From: Longimicrobiales bacterium
GTDB taxonomy: Bacteria > Gemmatimonadota > Gemmatimonadetes > Longimicrobiales > Gaopeijiaceae
Reading direction: 5' to 3'
Assembly (NCBI GenBank): GCA_965218295.1
Contig: CBDCKN010000005.1
Coordinates: 1 to 64,000 of the forward strand
Length of the DNA: 64,000 nt
A model generated the notes under the pieces. The model saw only the letters and a program-made list of their open reading frames with translations, had not been told where the DNA came from and ran no database searches. The position numbers and the translations under genes were made by a program. Each line of letters opens with the position of its first letter. The stretch's first letter is position 1. Below, piece after piece: positions 40,719 through 51,602 of the stretch.

Positions 40719-41456
40719 TCACATCACCATCCCGCCGTCCACCGAAATGACCTGTCCGGTAATGTAGCGGGCAGCAGGTCCGGCGAGAAAGCGTACGAGG
40801 CCGGCCACGTCGGACGGCTCGCCCAGGTGACCCAGGGGGATCCTGGCATGGAGCTCCTCGATGGTCGCTTCGGGGAGCTCGGCGGTCATGTCCGTGGTGA
40901 TGAAACCCGGTGCGATGGCATTGCACCGCACCCCTCGGGACGCCAGCTCCTTGGCGATGCTCTTGGTGAAGCCGATGAGGCCGGCCTTGGACGCCGCGTA
41001 GTTCGCCTGACCGGCGTTGCCGATCAGGCCGACCACGGATGTGACGTTGAGAATCACCCCACTCCGCCGCCTCATCATGCCTCGTGCCAAGGCCTTCGTC
41101 ATGTTGAAGGCACCCTTGAGGTTCACCGCGAGGACGTCGTCCCACTCCTCTTCCTTCATGCGGATGAAGAGGTTGTCCCGGGTGATTCCCGCGTTGTTCA
41201 CGAGAATGTCGACGGGACCCAGATCCTTCGTAACCTGGTCCGCGGCGGACGCGGCGCTTTCGTAATTGCTGACGTCGCAGCCGTAGGCCCGGTGGCCCTC
41301 GCCTTCGAGGCCGCCCGCTGCTGCGTTGCCCGCTTCTTCGTTCCGGCCGATCACCGCCACCGTGCACCCGGCACGGGCCAGCTCCTGCGAGACGGCCAGG
41401 CCGATCCCCCGGGACCCCCCGGTGACCAGAGTGATATGTCCACTCAACTCGTTCAT
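40719..41456 (-). CDS. fabG: 3-oxoacyl-ACP reductase
   Basis: [35 protein letters not shown]. Confidence 0.96.
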   Translation of the reverse strand: MNELSGHITLVTGGSRGIGLAVSQELARAGCTVAVIGRNEEAGNAAAGGLEGEGHRAYGCDVSNYESAASAADQVTKDLGPVDILVNNAGITRDNLFIRMKEEEWDDVLAVNLKGAFNMTKALARGMMRRRSGVILNVTSVVGLIGNAGQANYAASKAGLIGFTKSIAKELASRGVRCNAIAPGFITTDMTAELPEATIEELHARIPLGHLGEPSDVAGLVRFLAGPAARYITGQVISVDGGMVM

Positions 41457-41466
41457 GTCCGGTCTG

Positions 41467-42390
41467 TCAGCCTTCCCAGTTTTCCAGATCCTCGGGCTCC
41501 CCGAGGGAGCTACAGGGAATACTCTTGGCGTTTCGTCTATTGAGTCCTTGGAGCACCGAGCCCGGGCCGAGCTCGAGGAATTCATCTACCCCCGACTCCA
41601 CCATCTGCCCCACCGATGCGGCCCAGCGCACGGGAGAGGTCAACTGACGGATGAGGAGGTCGCGTGCCCCGGCGCCGGAGGTCACGGGCTTCGCCGTCAC
41701 GTTTGCCACCACTGGGTAGTTCAGGTCCCTGAAGTCGGTCTCCTTCAGGTACTCCCGGAGGCCGACCTCGGCGGGCGCCATGAGGGGCGAGTGGAAGGCG
41801 CCCGACACGCTCAGCTTCACGACTCTCTTCGCGCCCTCCTCCAGGGCCAACTCCATGGCTCGTTCGACTCCGGCCACGTCTCCGCTGATCACGACCTGTC
41901 CCCGGGAATTGAAGTTGGCCGGTACGCAGGTCCCGGCCTCGGTGCTGGCCTCCACGCAGACCGATATCAGGACGTCGTCGTCCAGCCCCAGCACGGCCGC
42001 CATGGTGCCGAGGCGATCCTGTCCCGCCGAATACATGAGCTCGCCTCTCAGCCGGACGGTCCGCAGGGCATCGCCGAAGTCGAGAGTCCCCGCGGCCACA
42101 TGAGCCGAGAACTCGCCCAGGGAGTGCCCAGCGGCCATCCCGACGTCACCAAGCCGATCGGAGATGACGCGGTACACGGCGGTGGAGTGCGTGAGCATGG
42201 CGGGCTGGGCGTTCTGTGTGAGAACCAGCTCGTCCTCCGGGCCTTTCCAAGCCAGCCGCGAAATCCCGAATCCCAGGACGTCGTCGGCCTCCTCGAAGGT
42301 CTGAGCCGCTAGAGGGTATGCCTCAGCCAGCTCTCGGCCCATTCCGACGTGCTGAGACCCCTGTCCGGGGAAAAGAAGTGCTAGGGACAT
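41467..42390 (-). CDS. fabD: Malonyl-CoA:ACP transacylase
   Basis: FPGQGSQ, GHSLGE, VSGAFHS, PVRW. Confidence 0.96.
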   Translation of the reverse strand: MSLALLFPGQGSQHVGMGRELAEAYPLAAQTFEEADDVLGFGISRLAWKGPEDELVLTQNAQPAMLTHSTAVYRVISDRLGDVGMAAGHSLGEFSAHVAAGTLDFGDALRTVRLRGELMYSAGQDRLGTMAAVLGLDDDVLISVCVEASTEAGTCVPANFNSRGQVVISGDVAGVERAMELALEEGAKRVVKLSVSGAFHSPLMAPAEVGLREYLKETDFRDLNYPVVANVTAKPVTSGAGARDLLIRQLTSPVRWAASVGQMVESGVDEFLELGPGSVLQGLNRRNAKSIPCSSLGEPEDLENWEG

Positions 42391-42424
42391 GGCTCGGGAG
42401 CGGCTTTCAGCTTCGCTTCGGCAT

Positions 42425-43417
42425 CTACCAGCGGAGGGCCATGGCCCCCCACGTGAGGCCGGCGCCGAAGGCGACTGTCAGGACGTTCATGTCCGGGCGC
42501 AACCTACCCTCTTCCACGGCCTCGTCCAGAGCTACCGGAATGGTTGCCGAGCTCATGTTCCCGTAGCGCTCCACGTTCACGAAGACCTTCTCCATGGGAA
42601 TGCCAGAGTATCGGGCCGTGGCCTCGATGATGCGGACGTTGGCCTGGTGGGGGACCATCAGGTCCACGTCCTCGGCGGTGAGACCCGACTGCTTGAGCGC
42701 GAGGTTCGCGGCCTCGGCCATGGAGCGGACGGCACTCTTGAAGATCTCCCGCCCTGACATGCGCACGAAGTGGTCGCCGGTCCTAAGCACCTCTTCGTCC
42801 ACGGGCACGGCGGCTCCGCCCGCCGGACGATACAGCAGCTCGGCCAGATTGCCGTCCGAGCCGTGATGGGTGCCCAGGATACCTTTCGATCCGTCGGACC
42901 GCCGCACCACAGCGGCTCCGGCCCCGTCTCCGAAGAGCACACACGTGGAGCGATCCGCCCAGTCGGTGATGGAGCTCATCTTCTCCGCGGCCACGACCAG
43001 GGCGATCTCTCCGCGACCAGCCGTCAGGTATCCCTCGGCCATGGTGAGCCCGTATAGCCAGCCGGAGCAGGCTGCCGAGATGTCGAGGGCCACGGCGTTG
43101 CCGGCCCCCAACAGCGCCTGCATATCGCACGCCGTAGACGGGAGCAAACGGTCCGGAGTGGCGGTCGAGACGATCAGGATGTCGATCTCTCCCGGCTCGA
43201 CCCCCGCCCGCTCCATGGCAATGTCAGCCGCGGAGGCCCCCATGCCGGCAACGGTGGTCTGCGCGCAGGCGATACGACGTTCCTTGATGCCCGTGCGCTC
43301 GGTGATCCACTGGTCGGTGGTGTCCACCATGCCTTCGAGTTCGCGATTGGTGAGCACACGGTCCGGCAGGTAGCGCCCCATAGAGACGATCTCGACCAGG
43401 GACTTCGGCGTCTTCAA
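42425..43417 (-). CDS. fabH: Beta-ketoacyl-ACP synthase III
   Basis: AACSG, LFGDGAGA, PHQAN, YGNMSSATIP, FGAGLTWG. Confidence 0.96.
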   Translation of the reverse strand: MKTPKSLVEIVSMGRYLPDRVLTNRELEGMVDTTDQWITERTGIKERRIACAQTTVAGMGASAADIAMERAGVEPGEIDILIVSTATPDRLLPSTACDMQALLGAGNAVALDISAACSGWLYGLTMAEGYLTAGRGEIALVVAAEKMSSITDWADRSTCVLFGDGAGAAVVRRSDGSKGILGTHHGSDGNLAELLYRPAGGAAVPVDEEVLRTGDHFVRMSGREIFKSAVRSMAEAANLALKQSGLTAEDVDLMVPHQANVRIIEATARYSGIPMEKVFVNVERYGNMSSATIPVALDEAVEEGRLRPDMNVLTVAFGAGLTWGAMALRW

Positions 43418-44409
43418 ACCGTGCCGCCTTGAACGACCGGCATCGTGAGCTCCTTCTCGAAGTGGGACACCATCGACGCCCGTGCGGCCCTGTCCGCTAC
43501 GCCGATGGCGTTGCGGATGGCCTTGGGTGGGGATCCTCCGTGGCAGATGATGGGAATTCCGTTCACGCCGAGGAGAGGTGCGCCACCCGTCTCGGTATAA
43601 TCGAGGAGACGAAACACTTCGTCCAGGTCGTGGTTCGATTGTATCTCGCCGAGGGCGTTGGTGAGAAGGCTCACGATGAAGCTGGCGACGGACCCGTAGA
43701 ACTTGAGAAGCACGTTGCCGACGAAACCGTCACACACCAGAACGTCGCAGGCGCCCTCGACGATGCCCCGGCCTTCCACGTTGCCAACGAAGTTGAGACC
43801 GCTCTCCACGAGGCCCTGGTAGGTCGCCACGGCCAGCTCGTCACCCTTCTTCGGCTCCTCCCCGATGTTCAGAAGGCCGACGCGCGGGCTGGCGATGTCC
43901 ATGAGATCCTGAGCGTAGACCTTCCCCAAGCGAGCGAACTGGATGAGCTGATGGGGTTTGCAGTCTACATTGGCACCGGCGTCGACAAGAAGGAGTGGGC
44001 CGTTGGCCGTAGGGATCACGGCTCCGATGGCCGGTCGATCCACGCCCTGAAGAGGGCGGAGGATGAACAGTGAGGCCGCCATGACGGCGCCTGTCGATCC
44101 GGCACTGATGAAGGCGTCGGCCTCTCCCTTCTGGTGGAGGCCCAGGCCGATGGCGATGGAGGATTCCGGCTTGCGACGAAGAACGGTGGAAGGAGGCTCG
44201 CCCGGCAACACCCGGTCCGGGGCGTGGACGATGCTCAGCCGGTCTTCTGGAAAGTCATGATGAAGGGCGAGCTCGGACTCGAGGGCAGTGCGATCCCCCA
44301 CCAGGAGGATCTCGACGTCCGATTGGGAATCCTGGAGAGCACTGACCGCTCCGGCCACCTCAATAGTCGGGGCCTGGTCGGTGCCCATGGCGTCCAGGGC
44401 AATCCGCAC
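43414..44409 (-). CDS. plsX: Phosphate acyltransferase
   Basis: IALDAMG, SAGSTGA, DAGAN, LLNIGEE, CDGFVGN, GGAPLLG. Confidence 0.95.
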   Translation of the reverse strand: MRIALDAMGTDQAPTIEVAGAVSALQDSQSDVEILLVGDRTALESELALHHDFPEDRLSIVHAPDRVLPGEPPSTVLRRKPESSIAIGLGLHQKGEADAFISAGSTGAVMAASLFILRPLQGVDRPAIGAVIPTANGPLLLVDAGANVDCKPHQLIQFARLGKVYAQDLMDIASPRVGLLNIGEEPKKGDELAVATYQGLVESGLNFVGNVEGRGIVEGACDVLVCDGFVGNVLLKFYGSVASFIVSLLTNALGEIQSNHDLDEVFRLLDYTETGGAPLLGVNGIPIICHGGSPPKAIRNAIGVADRAARASMVSHFEKELTMPVVQGGTV

Positions 44410-44434
44410 CTCGCTTGATCCCGTGGCCGGAAGG

Positions 44435-44617
44435 TCAGTCCAGGTCCAGCTCGATCACCTGCTCACCCCCGTAGTACCCGCAGCTCGGGCACACTCGGTG
44501 TGGGATCTTGGGATCCCCGCAACGGGAGCAGGTGTTGGTCACCACGGGCTCGGCCTTGTAATGCGTGCGGCGCTTGCGCTTGCGCTGCTTGGAGATCTTC
44601 TTCTTCGGAACAGCCAT
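44435..44617 (-). CDS. rpmF: 50S ribosomal protein L32 (Zn-binding type)
   Basis: MAVPKKKISK...RRTH, CSRC...HRVCPSCGYY. Confidence 0.96.
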   Translation of the reverse strand: MAVPKKKISKQRKRKRRTHYKAEPVVTNTCSRCGDPKIPHRVCPSCGYYGGEQVIELDLD

Positions 44618-44626
44618 CGGTCATGT

Positions 44627-45136
44627 TCACTCGCTCTTGAGTGCTCGCAGGGCATCCCACCTCGGGTCCATGTCCTCCGTCGAGCACTGGCAATCAGCCT
44701 CGTTCAGGTTCATCCCGCACCCGGCGCACAAGCCTCTGCAATCCGCTTGGCACTCCACGTACATCGGCGCCGACATGATCAACTCATCACGAAGATACGG
44801 TCCCAGGTCGATCTTACGTTGGCTCGGCTCAATACGGCGTGTCTCCTCGTCGTCGTCCTCCAACAACTCCGACGGAGCGAAGATCATCGTGATCCCGGCA
44901 TCCACCGTCCGCTCGACCGGTTCGAGACAGCGACGACAAGCTTGGGCAACGGAGCCCGTGAGCCTACCGCGCAAGACTACCTCACCCGAGACGGCCCACG
45001 TAGCCGTCAGGACCACGTGGAGGGGCTTCTCAAGTACGAATGCGCATCCCTCGAAGGAATGCTGATCCGGCTCGAGGAATCCCTCTACTTGCAGCGATCG
45101 CTCCCGCTCCAAGTGAGCCAGGTCGACTCTGAGCAT
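44627..45136 (-). CDS. YceD/DUF177 family protein
   Basis: CRRCLEP, CQADCRGLCAGCG, DPRWDAL; directly upstream of rpmF. Confidence 0.92.
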   Translation of the reverse strand: MLRVDLAHLERERSLQVEGFLEPDQHSFEGCAFVLEKPLHVVLTATWAVSGEVVLRGRLTGSVAQACRRCLEPVERTVDAGITMIFAPSELLEDDDEETRRIEPSQRKIDLGPYLRDELIMSAPMYVECQADCRGLCAGCGMNLNEADCQCSTEDMDPRWDALRALKSE

Positions 45137-45215
45137 AGAAAAAAAACCTATCCCAACCCTACAGGGGAGTCAACGCGAGAAAAGCCCCTGTCCACTGTCC
45201 TTCCCCAACAGCCTT

Positions 45216-45635
45216 CTAACGCTCGAGGCGCTCGTGGCGCGAGAAGAAGAAAGCGATCTCGGCCGCGGCATTCTCGTCGGAATCGGACGCGTGAATGGCG
45301 TTCCTCTCCTTCGATTCCGCGTAGAGTCGCCGGACCGTCCCTGCGTCGGCTTCAACCGGATCCGTTGCGCCGATGATCTGCCGCAGCTTCGCGACGGCAT
45401 CGTCGGCTTGGAGAACCATGGGAATCACCGGACCTGACGTCATGAAGCCCACGAGCGAGTGGTAGAAGGGTCGCTCCTTGTGGACCTCGTAGAACACGCC
45501 CGCTTGGTCGGGATCCAGGCGCGTCATCTTGATCGCGCACACGGTGAACCCCGCATCCTCCAGATGTGCCAGAATCTTTCCCGCGAGGCCGGACCCTACG
45601 GCATCCGGCTTGATGATCGCGAGCGTAGAGCTCAT
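45216..45635 (-). CDS. ndk: Nucleoside-diphosphate kinase
   Basis: TLAIIKPDAV, FMTSGP, NAIHASDS. Confidence 0.96.
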   Translation of the reverse strand: MSSTLAIIKPDAVGSGLAGKILAHLEDAGFTVCAIKMTRLDPDQAGVFYEVHKERPFYHSLVGFMTSGPVIPMVLQADDAVAKLRQIIGATDPVEADAGTVRRLYAESKERNAIHASDSDENAAAEIAFFFSRHERLER

Positions 45636-45664
45636 ATGACTTCATTCCTCCGGGTAACGATGTC

Positions 45665-46558
45665 TCAGCTCTCTGTGGGCCCGAATAGCAGCCGCAGTAC
45701 TTCTCCTCGGGTGAGGAAGCCGACCATTTCACCCTCCCGGATGACGGGGAGCTCTTCGACGTCCCTATTCACCATGATGAACGCCGCCTCCATGAGGCTC
45801 TGATCCTCCGAGACGCACATGACGCTCCGGGTCATGATCTCACGGGCCGTGGGCTCCTGTAGGGGCGTCGTGTCCTGCGGCTCGCCAGTCTCTTCTGTTT
45901 GGGTCTTGGCGACTACGTGCTTCATGGCGTCGCCCGTCGTGATGATACCGAGAAACTCGTAGTCCTCTCCCACGACCGGCACCGACTTCAGTCCTCGTCG
46001 CACCATCAGGTCCACTACTTCGGTGTAGGGTGTGTCGGAATAGACGCGGTACTGGAGGGGCGCGAGAACATCCTCCACCAAGAGGCGTTCGTGGAGCTCG
46101 ATCTCCATGAGGCTCTTGAGGCTCTTCACGGCATCGACCGACTGGGCGGCCAAGAGCGGCCCCGCCCTCTCTTCCTCGCGGAAGAACCGGACCAGCGCCG
46201 GCAACATCTGATGCTTCAGGGTGGCGAACCGGCGCGGCGTCACCAGCAACACGAGAACTCGCGCTGCGGTCGGCCCGTCATCCCTTGCAGCATTCACCTG
46301 GAAGGGTTCCGGCGACATTCCGAGCACGGCAGACACCGACTCCAGCGTGTCCTCCTGGGCGAGAACGACGACGACCTGGTCGTGGACGCGGGCCACCTCG
46401 CCGGCGGATCCCGAGGCGAGGTCGATGGCTACCCGTTCAGCCCTCTCGGGGGTGAAGCCCTCCACGGCCTCCAGAGCGACCGCAAGTGCGCCTTCTAGGT
46501 CCGGTGCGTCCAGTGGGACCAGAATCCCACCGTGACCGAGTAAGTCTATGAGCTTCAT
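45665..46558 (-). CDS. CBS-pair protein with degenerate N-terminal PTS EIIA-like domain
   Basis: C-terminal CBS pair (VPVV..GIITTGD; LPVI..GFLTRGE); the N-terminus resembles EIIA(Fru/Ntr) but lacks the PH motif. Confidence 0.75.
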   Translation of the reverse strand: MKLIDLLGHGGILVPLDAPDLEGALAVALEAVEGFTPERAERVAIDLASGSAGEVARVHDQVVVVLAQEDTLESVSAVLGMSPEPFQVNAARDDGPTAARVLVLLVTPRRFATLKHQMLPALVRFFREEERAGPLLAAQSVDAVKSLKSLMEIELHERLLVEDVLAPLQYRVYSDTPYTEVVDLMVRRGLKSVPVVGEDYEFLGIITTGDAMKHVVAKTQTEETGEPQDTTPLQEPTAREIMTRSVMCVSEDQSLMEAAFIMVNRDVEELPVIREGEMVGFLTRGEVLRLLFGPTES

Positions 46559-46604
46559 GTCGTCCTCCGTCGAGGACTCAACTCGAATGCCAATCGATCA
46601 TCGG

Positions 46605-47507
46605 TTACAGGCCGCTCGCCTTTACTCCGATGGCGTTCCGGATCAGGTCCACGATGTCCACGGGGCGCTTCGCCACGCTTATCCCGTTGTCTTCAAAGGC
46701 CTTCGTCTTCTCCTCCGCCGTTCCTGCGGAGCCGCTGATGATCGCACCGGCGTGGCCCATGCGTCGACCCGGAGGAGCAGTCTGGCCGGCGATGAAGCCT
46801 ACCACCGGAATCTCCAGGTTCTCCTTCACCCAGGTCGCCGCCTCCTGCTCGTCGGTGCCGCCGATCTCACCGATCATCACGACGGCTTGGGTATCGGGAT
46901 CAGCGGCGAACGCCTCGAGTGCGTCCACGAAGTTAGTGCCGATGAGCGGATCACCTCCGATACCGACGCAGGTCGTCTGTCCGATACCTGCGTTGGTCAG
47001 TTGGATGACCGCCTCATACGTGAGAGTGCCGGACCGGGAGATCACGCCTACGGGACCCGGAGTCACGATCTCATCCGGAATGATCCCGACCTTTGCCTTT
47101 CCGGGCGAGATCAAACCGGGGCAGTTCGGCCCCAGGAGTCGGGTGCCCCGATCGCGGGCGAAGGCGTGGGCCCGAGCCATGTCCAGGACCGGAATCCCCT
47201 CCGTGATGGCCACGACCAGATCGACGCCCGCGTCGGTCGCCTCCTCGATGGCTCCGGCCGCGAAGGCGGGCGGCACGTAGACGATCGAGGCGTTGGCACC
47301 GGTCTCCGCCACGGCGCGATCCATGGAGTTGAAGATGGGGACGGAGATTCCGTTGGGGCCCTCGAATGTCTGACCCCCCTTCCCCGGCGTAACTCCGGCC
47401 ACCACATCCGTGCCGTACTCGATCATCTGGGCCGTGTGGAAGGAACCGTCCCTTCCCGTGATGCCCTGGACGACCAGTTTCGTTTTTGCGTCGACAAGAA
47501 TCGCCAT
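46605..47507 (-). CDS. sucD: Succinyl-CoA synthetase alpha subunit
   Basis: [33 protein letters not shown]. Confidence 0.97.
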   Translation of the reverse strand: MAILVDAKTKLVVQGITGRDGSFHTAQMIEYGTDVVAGVTPGKGGQTFEGPNGISVPIFNSMDRAVAETGANASIVYVPPAFAAGAIEEATDAGVDLVVAITEGIPVLDMARAHAFARDRGTRLLGPNCPGLISPGKAKVGIIPDEIVTPGPVGVISRSGTLTYEAVIQLTNAGIGQTTCVGIGGDPLIGTNFVDALEAFAADPDTQAVVMIGEIGGTDEQEAATWVKENLEIPVVGFIAGQTAPPGRRMGHAGAIISGSAGTAEEKTKAFEDNGISVAKRPVDIVDLIRNAIGVKASGL

Positions 47508-47545
47508 CTATCGTCTCATTGGCTCGTCCTCCATCGTCGCCGGCG

Positions 47546-48682
47546 TCACGCTTCTGCAGCCATCTGCACGGCCCGCTCGACGACGTCGTCCATAGAGGTG
47601 AAAGCCGAGAAGCCCGCCTCGGCCAGAATCTCCAGTCCTTCCTTCTCGTTGGTCCCCGTGAGGCGGATCACGATAGGGGGCTCAATGTCGATGCTCCGGG
47701 TGGCCTCCACGATGCCCTTCGCCACGTCGTCACAGCGCGTGATCCCTCCGAAGATGTTGAACAGGATCACGTCCACGTTGGAATCGGAGGTGATGATTTC
47801 CAGGGCGGCCACGACCTTCTCGGGGTTCGACGATCCTCCGATGTCCAGGAAGTTCGCCGGCTCCCCGCCGTAGTACTTCACCAGGTCCATGGTGGCCATA
47901 GCCAAGCCGGCTCCGTTCACACAGCAGCCCACGTTGCCGTCGAGCTTCACGTAGCTGAGGTTCGCCTCGCGAGCCTTGGTCTCGACCCACGGCTCCGCCG
48001 ACAGATCTCGGTACTCCGCGATCTCGGGCTGCCTGAAGAGCTCGCTGTCGTCGATGCTCATCTTGGCGTCGATGGCCTTAACTTCGCCGGCGGTGGTGGT
48101 GATCAGCGGATTGATCTCCACCATCGATGCGCCACTCGAGGTGAAGGCGTCGTAGAGTTGCCGGATGATCTTGGAGGCCTGCTTGATCAGTGCCGGATCG
48201 TCATAGAGGGCGTTGGCCAGCCAGAAAGCCTGGTGGTCCATGAGCCCATAGCGCGGATCCACCGTGAGCTTGCGGATGGTGTCGGGAGTGGTGTGCGCCA
48301 CTTCCTCGATGTCGATTCCCCCCTCGGAGGACACCATGAACGTGGCGGCCTGCGAGCCGCGATCGATGAGAACACCCACGTAGGCCTCGGTGTCGATGTC
48401 CTCTGCCGGGGTGATCAAGACCTTCTCCACGGTGAGGCTGGAGATGGTCATGCCGAGAATGTTCTCGGCGTGCTCCCGCACCTCGTCGGGAGTCTTGGCC
48501 AACTTCACGCCTCCGGCTTTACCCCGCCCACCGGTGTGGACCTGCGCCTTCACCACCACCATGCCACCGTACTTCTCGGCGATCTGGACGGCTTCGTCGG
48601 GCGTGGTGGCCACCTCTCCGGGCGGCACTGGAATGCCCTTGGAGCGAAGGATCTCCTTCGCCTGATATTCGTGAATATTCAT
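47546..48682 (-). CDS. sucC: Succinyl-CoA synthetase beta subunit
   Basis: [40 protein letters not shown]. Confidence 0.97.
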   Translation of the reverse strand: MNIHEYQAKEILRSKGIPVPPGEVATTPDEAVQIAEKYGGMVVVKAQVHTGGRGKAGGVKLAKTPDEVREHAENILGMTISSLTVEKVLITPAEDIDTEAYVGVLIDRGSQAATFMVSSEGGIDIEEVAHTTPDTIRKLTVDPRYGLMDHQAFWLANALYDDPALIKQASKIIRQLYDAFTSSGASMVEINPLITTTAGEVKAIDAKMSIDDSELFRQPEIAEYRDLSAEPWVETKAREANLSYVKLDGNVGCCVNGAGLAMATMDLVKYYGGEPANFLDIGGSSNPEKVVAALEIITSDSNVDVILFNIFGGITRCDDVAKGIVEATRSIDIEPPIVIRLTGTNEKEGLEILAEAGFSAFTSMDDVVERAVQMAAEA

Positions 48683-48815
48683 CTGAGTCGGGCTCGAAGT
48701 CGAATCGACCGATGGGAATAGCTCCGGAGACGACATCGTCTCGCGCCGTGAGACGGAGCCTGCGAGGGCCTGAAGCTACCAAGGCTGCAACGGGCGATCA
48801 AGGAACGGAGTCCTA

Positions 48816-48849
48816 GTGTCGGATCCCGAAATCCTCGAGGCACCGAGAC
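48816..48849. repeat. 34-bp TA-flanked mini inverted-repeat element, possibly a divergent member of the MITE family
   Basis: cTA|GTGTCGG...CCGAGAC|TAg; the right CTA is the UPF0182 stop codon. Confidence 0.45.
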
Positions 48850-51602
48850 TAGTTGCCACCCTCCTGGGAGAGGCGCTGGAGAAGGGCCTTGAGCTCGTCC
48901 AGGGCGATGCCGAATCCCTGGAAATCTCCCGCACCAAGCCTAGCCTCGGCGTCCTCCAGTAGGGCGAGAGCTTCGGCCGGCCACCGGTCCCTGTCCACTG
49001 AAGGCAGGTCCACGCCCACCAGGGTGGGCTCTATGAGGGGTGGCGTGTCGCCGGACATGGACGCCAAGGTCTGGATGGACTGCTCCAGCGTTTCCTCCAT
49101 TGACACACGCCGCCCGTCGCTGACCACGAAACGGCGGAGCTCGGGGATGGCATCCGCCTCGGCCGCCAGGAAGACGGGCTCCATGTACAGGAGGGCCTCA
49201 CCCACGGGAACCAGGTGCAGGTGTCCCGTCCACACCTGGCTGCCGCCCGTTCGCCAGAGGGAGAACTGCTGAGAGATGACCGGATCCTGCTCGATGAGAG
49301 CCTCCACCTGGCGGGGACCCGGGGCCTGATCCTCAACGGGGACGTCGAAGAGAATGAGCTCTCCGTAACGATCCGGATCACTCCGGGCCACCAGGATGGC
49401 CGTCAGATTCTGCCGACCACGCGGCACGAACACCGAGGTGAGGAGGAAGCCAGCCTCCGACTCACCGGGCAAACGGTAGATCCCGTACTCGGCCCGGTAC
49501 GGCACCGGCGTGGTCCCTTGGGCGAGCTCCTGCGGGAGCTCCCAGACGTCCTGCTGGCCGTGGAAGACCGGCGCGCTGTCCTGATGGTATCGGTTGAGGA
49601 CTCGCGCCTGGAGGTCCAGCATGGTCCGCGAGTAGCGGATGTGGCGGAGGAGGCCCTCTGGCATTTCGTCGATGGGCCTGAAGAGCGTGGGGAAGCCCTG
49701 CCGGTAGGCTTGGAGCAACCGATCGCTTTCATCGACCACGTAGAAAGTCACCTCGCCGGTAACCCCGTCCACCGTAACCTTCACGCTGTTTCGAGCGTAC
49801 CGGACCGGCCGACCGGCCTCAAGGTTGTGGGTGGTCGAGAGGGGGAACCAGCGGGTGCCGGTGAATCCCTCGAGGATCCAGACGATGGCCCCATCGTGAA
49901 TGACGGGATAGGGATCGTCGGGGTAGCGCAGGAGCGGCCCCGAGATCCTGAGCACCCGGCTCAAGACGTCTCGCCGGAACAGGAACCGGCTGGTGTTGGT
50001 CACCTCGGAGGCGAACAGGAGGTTGGCGTCCCTGGCTTGCCATGCCAGCGCCAGCGTTCTCAGGAGGGAGCTGAGCTCGATCCCCCTTGGAAAGTCGATA
50101 CCGGGTCGAGCGGGACCCCCATCGGGCGCCGTCCGCTGATCGGGATCCACGATGGCAAAGCCCTGTCTCCGGGTCCCGACGTAGACTTCAGGCCGCGTGA
50201 GGCGTAAGCCCTCGGGCGCGATCCCGCTCTCGCTGAATTCCGGAGGAATGCCGGACACGAACATGAGAGGCCGACCCTGGGGTGTCCGGGACCCTGCCGC
50301 AATCGCCACGGCACCCATGCCCTGGATGTAGAGGCTGCGTAGGTGGACGTTCTGCCAGTTGGGGTCCTGAATGCCCCGTGGCAGGATCTCGCGAACCGCG
50401 AGGACAACGGGGACCGGGCCCTCGGCGCTCTCGTAGCGGTCCACGGTCACGCCCGAGAAGTCGTAGTAGGGGAACCGTGCCTCGAGCTCTCGGAATGTCG
50501 TGAGCAGAGCTCGGGAGCTCCACACGGGCAGTCCGCTGAACTGCGCCCTCGCTGCCTGCCAGTCCACGTCGACCTCTTGCTCATACTCGAACTCCCGTCT
50601 TTCGAGCTCCGTGAGGTCGAAGCCGAGTCGGGTGAAGCGGATGTTGTGCTCGATGAACGACGTTTCGCGCTCGAGCTCGTTGGGTTCCACCCGGAAGCGT
50701 TGGATGAAGGACGGGTAGGCCTGGCCGACCACCAGCGCCCCCACGACCAGGGCCCCGACGGTGGCGGCGGCCGGGAGGATGCGTCCCTTCAGGCCACTCC
50801 ACACGGTCCCGATGCCCGCGAACACGGCGAGCAGCGTCAGGATCCGCAGGGCCGGGAGGCGGGCGGTGGCGTCCGCGTAGCCGAAGATGCTTTGGACGCC
50901 GGAGGTCCCGTCGAGCAGCAGGAGGTATCGCCCTAGCCAGAAGCGGATGGCCAGAAGCACGAAGAACGAGGCAACGACGATCGTCAGGTGCGTGCGAGGT
51001 TGGCCCTCTATGTCGATCCGCCCGCGTCCCCACTGGAGCACGCCGGTGGCGGCGTAGCCCGCCGACGCGAGGGTGAACACGAGGAACGCCACAACCATGC
51101 CGAAGGTCACTATGGCCCCGACGACGGGAAGAAGGATCACGTAGAACGTCAGGTCCTTGCCCAAGATGGGATCGACCATCCCCCAGACGGGAGCCTTGAG
51201 AAGGAAGAGGAGTTGGAGCCCGATGGCTCGGGGGATGGACGCTCCGAACCACGCTCCCATGAGGGCCGAGATCAGGATGATTCCCCAGAAGACGTACGCC
51301 TCGGGGAGTTGCTCGGAGATCACCAGATCGCCCACCCGCCGCTTGATACGTATGCCGCCCAACGTCCGTGCCACGATCCGGAGGTTGGCAAAGATGGCGA
51401 TGGCCACCACCGTGGCTCCCGTGATGCGGGTGCCCCACTCCCATAGGATCCGCGTCCAAAAGACGGACGAGAAGCCGACGGCCTCGAACCAGAGGATCTC
51501 GACGTAGGCGCTGGCGCCGATCCGGCCGAGAAGCAACATCGCGAGGACGGCGGCGACGAAAGCCAGCAAGAGGCGTCCGCCTCGAAGGTCACCGAGCCTC
51601 AT
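48849..51602 (-). CDS. UPF0182-family membrane protein
   Basis: DPILGKDLTFY, VEPNELERE, WQNVHL, RNSVK, PGPRQV, LYMEPVF. Confidence 0.92.
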   Translation of the reverse strand: MRLGDLRGGRLLLAFVAAVLAMLLLGRIGASAYVEILWFEAVGFSSVFWTRILWEWGTRITGATVVAIAIFANLRIVARTLGGIRIKRRVGDLVISEQLPEAYVFWGIILISALMGAWFGASIPRAIGLQLLFLLKAPVWGMVDPILGKDLTFYVILLPVVGAIVTFGMVVAFLVFTLASAGYAATGVLQWGRGRIDIEGQPRTHLTIVVASFFVLLAIRFWLGRYLLLLDGTSGVQSIFGYADATARLPALRILTLLAVFAGIGTVWSGLKGRILPAAATVGALVVGALVVGQAYPSFIQRFRVEPNELERETSFIEHNIRFTRLGFDLTELERREFEYEQEVDVDWQAARAQFSGLPVWSSRALLTTFRELEARFPYYDFSGVTVDRYESAEGPVPVVLAVREILPRGIQDPNWQNVHLRSLYIQGMGAVAIAAGSRTPQGRPLMFVSGIPPEFSESGIAPEGLRLTRPEVYVGTRRQGFAIVDPDQRTAPDGGPARPGIDFPRGIELSSLLRTLALAWQARDANLLFASEVTNTSRFLFRRDVLSRVLRISGPLLRYPDDPYPVIHDGAIVWILEGFTGTRWFPLSTTHNLEAGRPVRYARNSVKVTVDGVTGEVTFYVVDESDRLLQAYRQGFPTLFRPIDEMPEGLLRHIRYSRTMLDLQARVLNRYHQDSAPVFHGQQDVWELPQELAQGTTPVPYRAEYGIYRLPGESEAGFLLTSVFVPRGRQNLTAILVARSDPDRYGELILFDVPVEDQAPGPRQVEALIEQDPVISQQFSLWRTGGSQVWTGHLHLVPVGEALLYMEPVFLAAEADAIPELRRFVVSDGRRVSMEETLEQSIQTLASMSGDTPPLIEPTLVGVDLPSVDRDRWPAEALALLEDAEARLGAGDFQGFGIALDELKALLQRLSQEGGN

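Noticed and set aside
45138..45146. A-tract upstream of yceD as a phase-variable element
   Set aside because: Short, intergenic and in front of housekeeping genes; more likely an AT-rich translation initiation region.
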